Shown here: piece after piece, positions 1-10,257 of the stretch
Layout of the letters: the number at the start of each line of letters is the position of its first letter
Numbering within the stretch: position 1 is the stretch's first letter
Origin: a virus
Direction: 5' to 3' (one strand)
Virus record (IMG/VR): IMGVR_UViG_3300030419_006105
Coordinates: 52,367-116,366 of that record
Length of the DNA: 64,000 bases
Program-made: the position numbers and the translations under genes
The notes under the pieces: generated by a model
Told to the model about the DNA's origin: nothing
The model's database searches: none
The model's input: the letters and a program-made list of their open reading frames with translations, nothing else

Positions 1-1
1 A

Positions 2-745
2 TCAATTTTAAGTAATAGACACAATATAACTATTTTTGATAAACCTCATGTCGAAAATATATGTGGAAAACAAGTAGGATTTTGCCCATGGGGTACAGAG
101 CCAAAAGATATACCCGAGAATTGCGATTTAATAGTCGGTCATTTTGAGTTACAAAACTTTAGCTTTAATTCTTTTAAGGTTTGTGAATCTGGAATGACAT
201 CAGATGATGTTTTAGCTAGATCTAACCTAATATTTTCAGGTCATTTTCATAAAAGACAGCATCGAAAGTATGATAACGGAGAAATTATATTTGCTGGTAA
301 TCCATTTGAAATGGACTTTAATGATATTAATGATCAAAAGGGTTATTATATATTAGATTTTAAATCTGACGATATAAAATATAAATTTTATAAAAATGAA
401 GTTTCTCCAGTTCATATAAAGGTAACATTATCAAATTTAGAAAAACTTAAAGAAATAGCATCTAAAAAAGGGTGGTCAAACTTAGCAGTAAAGATTGTAA
501 TTGATAAAGATATAAAATCTAATTTATTAGATAAAATTATCTCATCGATAAATTTTGAAGCTCCTTTTTCATTGACTACTGATTATTTAAATCAATTTAG
601 TATAGGAGATAAATTAAACATAACTAATGAGTTCGGTGACTTGAATGTCAAACAATGTATTATAGAATACATAGAGTCTTTAGATATTGACAACAAAACA
701 GAAGTAATAAGACGAACTGTACAGTTATATAATAATTTTTCATGA
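2..745 (+). CDS. gp47: Recombination nuclease subunit (T4 gp47 / Mre11-SbcD-like), 5'-truncated by the window edge
   Basis: Frame is open from position 2 (SILSNRHN...GFCPWG...IVGHFEL). Metallophosphoesterase motifs GHFE, FSGHFH and GNPFE..FND. Directly upstream of gp46. Confidence 0.9.
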   Translation, partial: SILSNRHNITIFDKPHVENICGKQVGFCPWGTEPKDIPENCDLIVGHFELQNFSFNSFKVCESGMTSDDVLARSNLIFSGHFHKRQHRKYDNGEIIFAGNPFEMDFNDINDQKGYYILDFKSDDIKYKFYKNEVSPVHIKVTLSNLEKLKEIASKKGWSNLAVKIVIDKDIKSNLLDKIISSINFEAPFSLTTDYLNQFSIGDKLNITNEFGDLNVKQCIIEYIESLDIDNKTEVIRRTVQLYNNFS

Positions 746-2568
746 AGTATGTAGATTTTAACTCGGTGAAAATCCGTAATTTTCTTTCTATTGGATCAAA
801 GCCGGTGGAAATTGACTTTAGATACGGTTTAAACATTATTACTGGTGTTAATAAGGATAAAGAAGATAGAAGAAACGGGGTTGGTAAGTCGACAGTAGCT
901 GATGCCATACATTTTGCTATTTTTGGAGAGACTATTCGTGAACTATCAAAAGATTTTATTGTAAATTCTATTAATAAGAAAAATACATACGTAGAATTAA
1001 ATTTTTCTATAAATGAAAATAATAAAATACAAAACTACAAAATAGTTCGCAAACTTAAACCTACAAAATGTTATCTATATGTTAATGATGTAGATTTAAC
1101 AGAGAGTACTATACCTAACACAAATAAAAAGATAAAAAATCTATTAAATAGCTCTCCTGAGGTATTTCAAAACTGTGTTATTATGTCTCTTAATACAACC
1201 TTACCATTTATGGCACAGCGTAAGGTAGAAAAGAGAAAATTTATAGAAGGTATACTTAATTTAGAAATATTTTCTGAAATGTTACTATCAGCTCGTGCTG
1301 AATACAACGAAGTACAAAAAAAGTACGAACATATTACTAAGGATTATGATCACGCAAATAATATATGTAAATTATTAAATGATCAAAAGGAAAATATAGT
1401 TAAGACTGTAAAAGAGCAAAGAAAGAAAATATTATCTCGCATTGATATTATTAACACAGAAATAGAAGAGAATAAATCTAAAATACAAAATATTAATAAA
1501 GAATTATTTGAAAAAAGTAAAAGTAAATTTAAAGTTATAACTGAGAAAATTACTGACATATCAACCCAACTTTCTAATGTAAAAACTAAAATTACAAGAC
1601 ATGAAACTGAAATAGATTTTCATACTAAAAAGCTTGATGCTATTGGTACATCAAAAGATGTATGTCCTACATGTTTACATCAAATTACAAGTAATGATAG
1701 AGATCATATTAAAAATGAAAAAAATATTATAGAGAAAGATATTAAAAACTGTAAAGAGGATATAGAAAGTTTAAATAAACAAATTACTAATATAAGAGAA
1801 TTAAAACAAAATAATTTAAACGCACAAAAACAAATTAATGAATATATTTCTAATATTAAAGCTGTAAACAATAATAATAAATTAGCAAAAACATATATTG
1901 TAAATTTAAATAAAGACTTAGAAAAAAATAATAAAGAACTTAAAGAATTACAAGATAGAGAGACAAGTTTAGAGATAAAAGAACTAGATAATAAAATTAA
2001 TATTAATCTTAAAGAAGTACAACAATTAGAAAAAGATTCTACTAGTATTCACAATGACTTATCTATGTTAGAAGTTGTAAAATATATTTTATCAGAAGAG
2101 GGAGTTAAGTCATTTATTGTTAAAAAGATATTAGATGTTCTTAATAACAGATTATTGTACTATTTACAGAAAATGGATGCAAATTGTGTTTGTAGATTTA
2201 ACGAATACTTTGAAGAAGAAATTGTAAACGAAAAAGGAGAGAGTTGTTCTTACTTTAATTTTTCTGGTGCTGAAAGAAAGAATATTGACTTAGCTATATT
2301 ATTTACATTTATGGATATTAGAAGACTTCAAGGAGACATTGCATATAATTTAGTTATGTTTGATGAATTGCTTGATAGTTCTTTAGATGAAAAAGGTGTT
2401 GAATTAGTTCTTAATATAATAAAAGAAAGAGTAGAGACATATAATGAGAGTATTTATATTATTTCTCATAGAAAGGAATCAGTAAAAGCTGCCACTGGTG
2501 ATGTAGTAGTACTAGAAAAGAAAAACGGTATAACTACAAGAGTTGACTTTACTAATAAATCTGAATAA
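742..2568 (+). CDS. gp46: Recombination ATPase subunit (T4 gp46 / Rad50-SbcC-like)
   Basis: Walker A NGVGKST, coiled coil with CPTC zinc hook, signature FSGAE, Walker B MFDE, ISH motif. Confidence 0.95.
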   Translation: MKYVDFNSVKIRNFLSIGSKPVEIDFRYGLNIITGVNKDKEDRRNGVGKSTVADAIHFAIFGETIRELSKDFIVNSINKKNTYVELNFSINENNKIQNYKIVRKLKPTKCYLYVNDVDLTESTIPNTNKKIKNLLNSSPEVFQNCVIMSLNTTLPFMAQRKVEKRKFIEGILNLEIFSEMLLSARAEYNEVQKKYEHITKDYDHANNICKLLNDQKENIVKTVKEQRKKILSRIDIINTEIEENKSKIQNINKELFEKSKSKFKVITEKITDISTQLSNVKTKITRHETEIDFHTKKLDAIGTSKDVCPTCLHQITSNDRDHIKNEKNIIEKDIKNCKEDIESLNKQITNIRELKQNNLNAQKQINEYISNIKAVNNNNKLAKTYIVNLNKDLEKNNKELKELQDRETSLEIKELDNKININLKEVQQLEKDSTSIHNDLSMLEVVKYILSEEGVKSFIVKKILDVLNNRLLYYLQKMDANCVCRFNEYFEEEIVNEKGESCSYFNFSGAERKNIDLAILFTFMDIRRLQGDIAYNLVMFDELLDSSLDEKGVELVLNIIKERVETYNESIYIISHRKESVKAATGDVVVLEKKNGITTRVDFTNKSE

Positions 2569-2577
2569 ATCTATATA

Positions 2578-3825
2578 ATGCTTACCCCTTTTCGACAAGC
2601 TCATGTACCATTTAGCAACGTTACTCCTAACAATCCGTTAATGGCAGGAGTAGTTCAACCACAAGCATTAGGTCACCGACCACAAAAAAAAATTACTGCT
2701 GATGCTCACACACATTCTGCCCCAGATTTACCTCGAGGTATAAACTTTTATGCTGACTATTCAGGTTGTGGTCATTGGAGAATGATATGGCCAGAATTAT
2801 TACTCAACTGTTACGGTAAAGCTAACGTACAAGGTGGTACAGTAATGATTGGTGATAAAAATTTTTATAAAGATATAAAGACCATACGTATACAGAGACA
2901 GGCGACTAATTCTCAATTAAGTTATATTAAATGGCTTAAAACTATACAAGCAGAAATGAAATTTAAAATCGTTTATGAAATTGACGATTTAATTTTTAGT
3001 GAAGATATACCGCAGTATAATAAATTTAGATTTGCATTTGAAGACTCAAGCATTAGAAAAACTAGCATGGAAATCATGCAGATTTGTGACGAAATTACAG
3101 TTACAAATCAATTCATGAAAGATTACTATATAGAAAAAACCGGGAACAAAAATGTAACTGTTATTCCTAATTTTATTCCAAGATTTTGGATGGATAGATA
3201 TTTTGACTCTAATAGTATAAGAGAAAATTATCAAAAATTTAAAGGTAAGCCTCGTGTTGTATATTGTGGTAGTGGAGCTCATTTTGACGTTGAAAATAAA
3301 ATTGGACAAAAGGATGATTTTTTTCATGTTAATGATATTATTCGTCAAACCGTAAATGATTTTCAATGGGTTTTTGTAGGTGGTTTTCCTTTAACTTTAC
3401 GAGATTTAATACAGCAAAAAAAGATTGAATACCATGAATGGTCTAATTTAGTCGATTATCCTGCTTATATTAGTAAGCTAAAACCAACAGTTTTTTACGC
3501 TCCACTGGAAGATAGTAATTTTAATAGAGCTAAAAGTGATTTAAAATTTATTGAAGCTTGTGCATTTGGTATTCCAAGTATTTGTCAGGATTTATGTACA
3601 TATGAAACTGCATTTCATAAGTTTAAGACTGGAGATGATTTAATTAATAAAATTAAATTAATTACCGGAGATACAAAAAAATATTATAAAGAAGTTAAAA
3701 GAGCTAGAGATTATATGAATAAAAGATGGATGGAAGATAATATTGACCATTACACTGAACTTTATTCCCTTCCATATGCAGATCCAAACCGAAAATTACT
3801 CAATCTCCAAAACGGAATTAGTTGA
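2578..3825 (+). CDS. Putative GT-B fold glycosyltransferase
   Basis: GCGHWR, YEIDDL, ITVTN, VIPNFIP and APLEDSNFNRAKSDLKFIEA motifs typical of phage GT4-like glycosyltransferases. Confidence 0.75.
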   Translation: MLTPFRQAHVPFSNVTPNNPLMAGVVQPQALGHRPQKKITADAHTHSAPDLPRGINFYADYSGCGHWRMIWPELLLNCYGKANVQGGTVMIGDKNFYKDIKTIRIQRQATNSQLSYIKWLKTIQAEMKFKIVYEIDDLIFSEDIPQYNKFRFAFEDSSIRKTSMEIMQICDEITVTNQFMKDYYIEKTGNKNVTVIPNFIPRFWMDRYFDSNSIRENYQKFKGKPRVVYCGSGAHFDVENKIGQKDDFFHVNDIIRQTVNDFQWVFVGGFPLTLRDLIQQKKIEYHEWSNLVDYPAYISKLKPTVFYAPLEDSNFNRAKSDLKFIEACAFGIPSICQDLCTYETAFHKFKTGDDLINKIKLITGDTKKYYKEVKRARDYMNKRWMEDNIDHYTELYSLPYADPNRKLLNLQNGIS

Positions 3826-3850
3826 TTTATTTTTAAATTTTTCGTATACT
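3822..3850 (+). promoter_or_regulatory. Sigma70-type promoter of the DNA polymerase gene (probably leaderless)
   Basis: TTGATT-N17-TATACT, followed 7 nt later by the GTG start at 3858. Confidence 0.7.
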
Positions 3851-3857
3851 TAATAAA

Positions 3858-6515
3858 GTGTATAGAAATTTAGCCTACATACCTAATCAACGAGTCATGA
3901 GACTCTACACATGGGATGAGGATGGAGTACGAATAGAAACTGATTGTCCATATCAACCATATTTTTATTATGAAACAAACTCAAATAGATATGACGGAGT
4001 GTCGTTATATGGTACTAAATTAAGAAAAGTCTTCGCTAATAGTAATTTAGATCGCCGTAAAAAAATTGAAGATTTAAATGATCATAAAATTTATGAAAAC
4101 ATTACCCCGTATCAGCAATTTTTAGTAGATAGGTTTTGGGAAGTAAATGAAACTGACGATTTTAGTAAATTTCCTTTAAAGGTTTGGTTTTTTGATATTG
4201 AGACATATTCCCCTGACGAGTTTCCGAAACCAGAAGAAGCTAGTCATATGATAAATGTTATCACCATATATGACACTGTAAAGAAAACATATTATACATG
4301 GGGAATTAATCCATATACTCCGAAGACAGATGATGTAGTTTATTTTCATTGCAACAATGAAGTCGATTTGTTGCAACGATTTTTAGATTTTTATTGTGAA
4401 GATAGACCAGATATATTATCCGGGTGGAATAGTGAAATATTTGATGTTCCGTATGTAATAAATCGAGTTAGAAATCTCTTAGGAGAAGATGCAACAAGAC
4501 TGTTTTCACCAGTTCATGACGAAATAATGAAACCAATTTACCAGAGAGTGTACAAAGGTAATTTTGGTAAAACTACTACAAAATACGTTGTAGAAGGTAT
4601 ATCTATGCTTGATTATCTTGACGTGTATAAAACCTTCAGCATGGGTATGAGAGACAGTTATAAGCTAGATAACATAGCCCATATAGAACTAGGAGAGAAC
4701 AAGGTAGATATAGGAGAAACTAACCTCGCATCCCTATCTATACAAGATTGGGACAAATTTGTTGATTATAATATTCATGACGTAAGACTACTAGTACGAT
4801 TGGAAGCAAAGCTAATGTATATGGATTTAGCTAGAATGTTATCATATATTGGATTAACACCGTTTAACGCTGCTTTAGGTACAATTAGTACTGTTAATGG
4901 TAGGGCTATAGTTGAAGCCCGAAAGCAAGATCCTCCAAGGGTTATACCAACTTTTATAAAAGGAGACGATAGAACCGAAAAATATGAAGGTGCATATGTC
5001 GGTGAACCAAAACGTGGTTTTCAAGATAATATTATCTCTTTTGATGCTAATTCTCTATACCCTAGTGTGATGGTAACTTTAAATTTAAGCCCAGAAACGA
5101 AAGTAGGAAGCATTGTTGGAACAGATAATGACAAGGTTTATGTAAAGACTGTAAATAACAAGGATATTGAAATGTCTTATAGTGATTTCAATAAATGGTG
5201 TACAAAAAATGAAATTGTAATTACTCGCGCAAAAAAATTATTCTCACAAAAAACCAAAGGAATCTTTCCTAGAATTACAGATCATTTTTATGCAATACGT
5301 TCTGGTAAAAAACAAGAATGGAACGAAGCTCGTGAAGAATTACATCAATTATCTGTGAAAATAGAGAACGAAACAGATGAGAAAAAATTAGACATCTTAA
5401 GAGAAAAATCAAAAGCTACACAGTTTAAGATTGACCAACTTTGGATTTGGCAATTTACACTAAAAATTCTTATTAACCGAATTTATGGTTATTTTGGTAA
5501 TAAAATATCACAAATGGGTGATGGTGATATTGCAAGATCAATTACTTTAACTGGCAGAGATGTAATTAAACAAAGTAATATTATTCTAAGAAATTATATT
5601 AAAAAGGTAACTGATTTAACTGACAAAGACTTAGATAAAAATGATCCAATTATTTATAATGACACAGATAGTTCATATTGTACAATTACACCTATTTTGA
5701 ATCATATGGGTATACCCTTACATATTGATAATAAAATTGATGATAGAGTATATAAAATAGTACAAGATATAGAAGATGATTTAAATGTTAATATTGAAAA
5801 ATGGGCCAGGGAAACTCTATTAACTAAAGACCCACGGTTTGTATTTAAACGAGAGTCTATTTGTGATAAAGGAATATTTTTACAGAAAAAAAGATATGTA
5901 CTTCATAAATTAGATGACGAAGGAGTTGTATGTAATAAATTCAAATATACAGGTGTTGAAGTAGTGAGAACTACAATGCCTAATGCAATAAAACCATATG
6001 TGAAGAAAATTATTGAGCATATGATTATGACTAAAAACCAAAATAGTACTAATGAATTATTTGAAGAAACATATGAAATTTTTAAGTCTCTTCCTATTAG
6101 GGATATTGCATTTGTAATGGGTGTTAAAGAGTATGAGAAATATAGTATATATGCTAAAAACTGGGAAGTTAAAAAGGGAACACCTATACATGTTAAATCA
6201 TCTATATACTATAACAAACTATTAGAGCATTATGGTATATCTCAAAAATACGAAGCTATTGGTTCAGGAGACAAAATACGATACTTTTATACAGTAACTC
6301 CAAATAAATTTGGTTTAAACTCTCTTGGATTTAAATATGATTTTCCAGAGGAGTTTGAACAAGACTTTAAAATAGACTATGAAAAGATGTTTGATAAGAT
6401 TGTTTATAGTGTTATTGATAGATTTTATGAAAATGTAAATTGGAAATCTTTTAAACCCGGTCAAGCAGTAAACATGGACCTATTTGATTTCTTTAAAACA
6501 GAAGTTGCAAATTAA
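3858..6515 (+). CDS. gp43: Family B DNA polymerase (T4 gp43-like)
   Basis: Exonuclease motifs FDIET, GWNSEIFD, YNIHD. Polymerase motifs DANSLYPS, K..IN.IYG, YNDTDS, KKRY. Confidence 0.97.
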   Translation: MYRNLAYIPNQRVMRLYTWDEDGVRIETDCPYQPYFYYETNSNRYDGVSLYGTKLRKVFANSNLDRRKKIEDLNDHKIYENITPYQQFLVDRFWEVNETDDFSKFPLKVWFFDIETYSPDEFPKPEEASHMINVITIYDTVKKTYYTWGINPYTPKTDDVVYFHCNNEVDLLQRFLDFYCEDRPDILSGWNSEIFDVPYVINRVRNLLGEDATRLFSPVHDEIMKPIYQRVYKGNFGKTTTKYVVEGISMLDYLDVYKTFSMGMRDSYKLDNIAHIELGENKVDIGETNLASLSIQDWDKFVDYNIHDVRLLVRLEAKLMYMDLARMLSYIGLTPFNAALGTISTVNGRAIVEARKQDPPRVIPTFIKGDDRTEKYEGAYVGEPKRGFQDNIISFDANSLYPSVMVTLNLSPETKVGSIVGTDNDKVYVKTVNNKDIEMSYSDFNKWCTKNEIVITRAKKLFSQKTKGIFPRITDHFYAIRSGKKQEWNEAREELHQLSVKIENETDEKKLDILREKSKATQFKIDQLWIWQFTLKILINRIYGYFGNKISQMGDGDIARSITLTGRDVIKQSNIILRNYIKKVTDLTDKDLDKNDPIIYNDTDSSYCTITPILNHMGIPLHIDNKIDDRVYKIVQDIEDDLNVNIEKWARETLLTKDPRFVFKRESICDKGIFLQKKRYVLHKLDDEGVVCNKFKYTGVEVVRTTMPNAIKPYVKKIIEHMIMTKNQNSTNELFEETYEIFKSLPIRDIAFVMGVKEYEKYSIYAKNWEVKKGTPIHVKSSIYYNKLLEHYGISQKYEAIGSGDKIRYFYTVTPNKFGLNSLGFKYDFPEEFEQDFKIDYEKMFDKIVYSVIDRFYENVNWKSFKPGQAVNMDLFDFFKTEVAN

Positions 6516-6532
6516 TTTTCACAGCGTATAAT
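6505..6532 (+). promoter_or_regulatory. Sigma70-type promoter
   Basis: TTGCAA-N16-TATAAT, 6 nt before the ATG at 6539. Confidence 0.6.
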
Positions 6533-6538
6533 ACTTAC

Positions 6539-6892
6539 ATGGACATTATCACATACATTGATAGTATAGGTAGAACTTGCTTTGGAGAGTTAGAAGAACG
6601 AACAGACGAGTTCATTAAAGTAAAGGCACCAGCCATGATTATGGTAACTCCTAACGATGCCGCAAATATGAAGGTTGATGTTATGCCACTATTTTTTACA
6701 GAATTTTCTAATGGTGTACAACCCATTTTTATTTATAAAAATTCACAATTTGTAGAAGTTACTATAGATATTTCTGAAAAGATTTTACAGCATTATCATG
6801 CTAAAATTAATACGAATGGTGAACCGAATCCTGAACCAGTTGCTGAAGCTTTAGAGGAAGAAGTACCTGAGGTAACACTATTTGAAGATTAA
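6539..6892 (+). CDS. Hypothetical protein with acidic tail (possibly a small beta-barrel)
   Basis: ORF fills the gap between gp43 and uvsX and has its own promoter. Confidence 0.7.
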   Translation: MDIITYIDSIGRTCFGELEERTDEFIKVKAPAMIMVTPNDAANMKVDVMPLFFTEFSNGVQPIFIYKNSQFVEVTIDISEKILQHYHAKINTNGEPNPEPVAEALEEEVPEVTLFED

Positions 6893-6893
6893 T

Positions 6894-7982
6894 ATGGCTT
6901 CTCTCGCTGATAAAGCGTTCGCTAAATTACAAAAATTAAATCAGAACGCAACTACATTAGAAAATAATACTCTAAGTAATGTAACCGAATGGATTGATAC
7001 TGGATGTTTAGTACTTAATTCAATAGTATCAGGTTCGATTTATGGTGGTGTACCTAAGGGTAGAATTACCATTTTTGCTGGAGATTCTGGTTGCGGTAAA
7101 ACATTTATTTTAAATAAAATATTAGCGAACGCTCAGCAAAAGGGAATGATTCCAATCATATTTGATACGGAGGTTGCTGTAGAAAATGAAGGTGCAGAAA
7201 ATGTTGGATTAGATACATCAAACGTAAAGTACGTACCAGTTGATACAGTAGAAAATTGTCGTAATCAAATTATGACCTTTTTAGATGAAGTTGAAAAAGA
7301 ACCAGAACTACATGGTAAGTTTATTATTTCAATTGACTCTTTAGGTAATTTAGCGTCATCAAAAGAAATTCATGATGCTGAATCTAATAAAGGCGCCATG
7401 GATATGGGGCTAAGAGCTAAACAGCTTAAATCCATGATGCGTATGGTTACGTTTAAAGCAGCTGTTACTGGTACAACTGTAATTTGTAGTAATCATACTT
7501 ATGCTGATCCTGGTGCACTCCATCCTACCTTAGTTAAGTCCCAGGCTGGTGGCTCTGGTCCCATATACATGGCGTCTATATTAGTACAAATGGCAGCGAA
7601 AAAAGAACGAACTGATACAGGTAATGATAGTGATGAAGCTTTAACCGAGAGTAGAAATTACTCTGGTGTTACTCTTCGTATGTTAACAGTAAAAAATAGA
7701 TTTATACCTGCATTCCTTCAAGGTGAAGCATACTTAAACTTTAAAACTGGTTTAGAAAAATACTCAGGTCTAAAAGACGTTGCTGTAGCTCACGGCATTA
7801 TTCAGCAAAACGGTTCTACATATAGTATGGGAGATAAAAAATTAGGTTATTATAAAAATTGGCGCAACGATGATGAGACGTGGAATAATATATTACCTAA
7901 GTTAGAATCTTCTATAAGTGAGAAGTACCGATATGGTAAATCACTTAATGAAGTAGCTATATTAGAACAAGACGATGAGTAA
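6894..7982 (+). CDS. uvsX: RecA-like recombinase UvsX
   Basis: Walker A GDSGCGKT, FDTE, IDSLGNL, KNRF. The ATG at 6894 (MASLADK) is preferred over the TTG at 6882. Confidence 0.93.
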   Translation: MASLADKAFAKLQKLNQNATTLENNTLSNVTEWIDTGCLVLNSIVSGSIYGGVPKGRITIFAGDSGCGKTFILNKILANAQQKGMIPIIFDTEVAVENEGAENVGLDTSNVKYVPVDTVENCRNQIMTFLDEVEKEPELHGKFIISIDSLGNLASSKEIHDAESNKGAMDMGLRAKQLKSMMRMVTFKAAVTGTTVICSNHTYADPGALHPTLVKSQAGGSGPIYMASILVQMAAKKERTDTGNDSDEALTESRNYSGVTLRMLTVKNRFIPAFLQGEAYLNFKTGLEKYSGLKDVAVAHGIIQQNGSTYSMGDKKLGYYKNWRNDDETWNNILPKLESSISEKYRYGKSLNEVAILEQDDE

Positions 7983-8670
7983 AGCAGTAGTTCCTATTTC
8001 GGGTGGTTTAGATAGTTCAATAATTCTAAGCTTAGCATCTCAAAAGCATGATGAAGTTTATGCATTAACTTATGACTATGGTCAAAAGCATAGAAAAGAA
8101 ATCATAGCTGCTAGTAGTCAAATAAATGAATATGATAATATAGAAGATCATGTAACTATAGATATTAGATTCTTTAGAGATATTGCTTCAACTTCTTCTC
8201 TTACTAATAATAATATTAAAGTGGCACATGCGAGGGATGTGTTAGGAGACGCTCAAACAGTAAATTATGTTCCATTTAGAAATATGATGATGCTATCAAT
8301 TGCATGCTCATATGCAGAGTCAGTAGAAGCAGATGTCGTATATCATGGATCAGCTCTAGTAGATAGTCAAGCTGGTTATTGGGACGGTAGTGCAGAATTT
8401 TTAGAACAAATTAATAACGTAACAGCGTTAAACCGTAAAAATAGAATACGGATAGAAGCACCATTAATTACATTATCTAAACAAGAAATTGTAAAGTTAG
8501 GTATCGATAATAATATAAATTTTGAAGACACATGGACATGTTATGAAGGGAAAGATAAAGCATGTGGTTATTGTACGGCATGTAGTTCTCGAATACAAGG
8601 CTTTTTGCAAAATAATATTAAAGACCCAATAGAATATGAACGCGACGATATCCCCTGGAAAGGAACTTGA
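7975..8670 (+). CDS. queC: QueC-family (7-cyano-7-deazaguanine synthase-like) ATP pyrophosphatase
   Basis: SGGLDS PP-loop, YDYGQKH, YVPFRN, TWTCY...CGYCTAC zinc site. Confidence 0.9.
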   Translation: MSKAVVPISGGLDSSIILSLASQKHDEVYALTYDYGQKHRKEIIAASSQINEYDNIEDHVTIDIRFFRDIASTSSLTNNNIKVAHARDVLGDAQTVNYVPFRNMMMLSIACSYAESVEADVVYHGSALVDSQAGYWDGSAEFLEQINNVTALNRKNRIRIEAPLITLSKQEIVKLGIDNNINFEDTWTCYEGKDKACGYCTACSSRIQGFLQNNIKDPIEYERDDIPWKGT

Positions 8671-9589
8671 GTATAGTGATGTACTGTTAGTACCTAAGTA
8701 CAGTATATTACAGTCTCGTAAAGACGCAAATACTACTCTATATGTAGGTAAGTTTAAATTTAATTTACCAGTTGTTCCTGCAAATATGGAGACTGTAATA
8801 AGTTTAGAACTTGCCAAAAAATTAGATGAGTTAGGTTATTTTTATATTATGCACCGATTTGAAGATGTAGTAAGATCGTGCGAATATATGAATAGAAATA
8901 AGTTTAAATGTATTAGTTTAAGTATTGGTGTTAATTCACAATCTTATGAACAAATAGATAAAATTTTAGACAAAAAATTACGAGTAGATATTTTTACAAT
9001 TGATGTAGCACATGGACATCATGTTAAAGTACAAAACATGATTCACTACATAAAAAATAAATTACCGAGTTGTGTTATTATAGCTGGTAATGTAGGGACA
9101 TATGAAGGTTTTAAATATCTTGAAAAAGCAGGTGCAGATATTGTAAAAGTAGGAATTGGTTCTGGAGTAATATGTACAACTAGATTTAAAACAGGTTTTG
9201 GTACACCTATGTTTTCAACCATAACAAAAATAGCACAATCAGATAATACTGCTAAAATTATGGCAGATGGTGGTTGTAAACATTTTGGTGATATTGCTAA
9301 AGCGTTTGTGGCAGGTGCTGATATGGTTATGGCAGGTTCTTTTTTTGCATCATGTATTGATTCACCAGCAAAGTTAGTTAACGGTATTAAACAATATTAC
9401 GGTAGTACATCTTATAATCAAAAACAAGATAGGTTAAATTTTGTTGAAGGTAGAGAAGTTGAGTTAAACCTAGCACCAGAATATGAAATTAGATTAAAAG
9501 AAATACAAAGCGCTTTACAAAGCTCTCTTTCTTATGCTGGTGGTTATGATTTAACTTGCCTTAAACAAGTAAAGTATATAACATTATAA
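8636..9589 (+). CDS. guaC: GMP reductase (IMPDH/GMPR family, Bacillus GuaC-like)
   Basis: PVVPANM, IDVAHGH, IAGNV, KVGIGSGVICTTR, ADGG, YYGS. No CBS domains. Confidence 0.85.
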   Translation: MNATISPGKELEYSDVLLVPKYSILQSRKDANTTLYVGKFKFNLPVVPANMETVISLELAKKLDELGYFYIMHRFEDVVRSCEYMNRNKFKCISLSIGVNSQSYEQIDKILDKKLRVDIFTIDVAHGHHVKVQNMIHYIKNKLPSCVIIAGNVGTYEGFKYLEKAGADIVKVGIGSGVICTTRFKTGFGTPMFSTITKIAQSDNTAKIMADGGCKHFGDIAKAFVAGADMVMAGSFFASCIDSPAKLVNGIKQYYGSTSYNQKQDRLNFVEGREVELNLAPEYEIRLKEIQSALQSSLSYAGGYDLTCLKQVKYITL

Positions 9590-9591
9590 TT

Positions 9592-10257
9592 ATGTGTGGA
9601 ATATTTGGATCAAACAATATAGAAACGTTTAGAGAGCTGTATATTAAAAACACAGAACGTGGTAATTTTGTACGCAGTATAACAAAATTATTCCCTGCAG
9701 GAACTAGAAATAATATACGAGTAGAAACTAATTACGAGCAAGATTTAGGTAAACATATACATGAAAATCCGTTTTGCATGTATTACTTAGGTCACTTACA
9801 ATCACCAACATCTAAAGTAAGAGATTTTAATAAAACAACTAGCCATCCGTTTAATTTAAATAATCAATATCTTGCTCATAATGGAGTATTAGAAAATGAT
9901 AGAGATTTAATTGAAGAATATAACCTAGAAGGATATAATGATGTGGATAGTAGTGTAATATTACCGTTAATAGAAAAGATTGGATTTGAAGACGCAATAT
10001 CTTCTTTACAAGGAACGTTTAGTTGTTGGTATTATAATAGTAACACTGGGAGTTTACGGATATTTAGATCTGGTTCTACATTATTTTCTAACGGTGGAGA
10101 TTTTAGTTCAATACAACCAGAAACTGACCACGAAAGAGTCAATAGCTTAGGATATAAATATATAAACGAAGGGTCTATATTAGAATATAACTTTACTTCT
10201 AACACTTTTAAGGAGGTTAATCAGTTTGAACTTAATAAGACTCCGTTCTTTTTATGA
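9592..10257 (+). CDS. Class II (Ntn) glutamine amidotransferase domain protein
   Basis: N-terminal MCGIFG (Cys1 nucleophile), SHPF, AHNG, VDS motifs. Confidence 0.85.
   Translation: MCGIFGSNNIETFRELYIKNTERGNFVRSITKLFPAGTRNNIRVETNYEQDLGKHIHENPFCMYYLGHLQSPTSKVRDFNKTTSHPFNLNNQYLAHNGVLENDRDLIEEYNLEGYNDVDSSVILPLIEKIGFEDAISSLQGTFSCWYYNSNTGSLRIFRSGSTLFSNGGDFSSIQPETDHERVNSLGYKYINEGSILEYNFTSNTFKEVNQFELNKTPFFL

Noticed and set aside
8636-9589. IMP dehydrogenase assignment
   Set aside because: Short length without CBS domains and PVVPANM/YYGS motifs fit GMP reductase better, though only an assay can exclude IMPDH activity.
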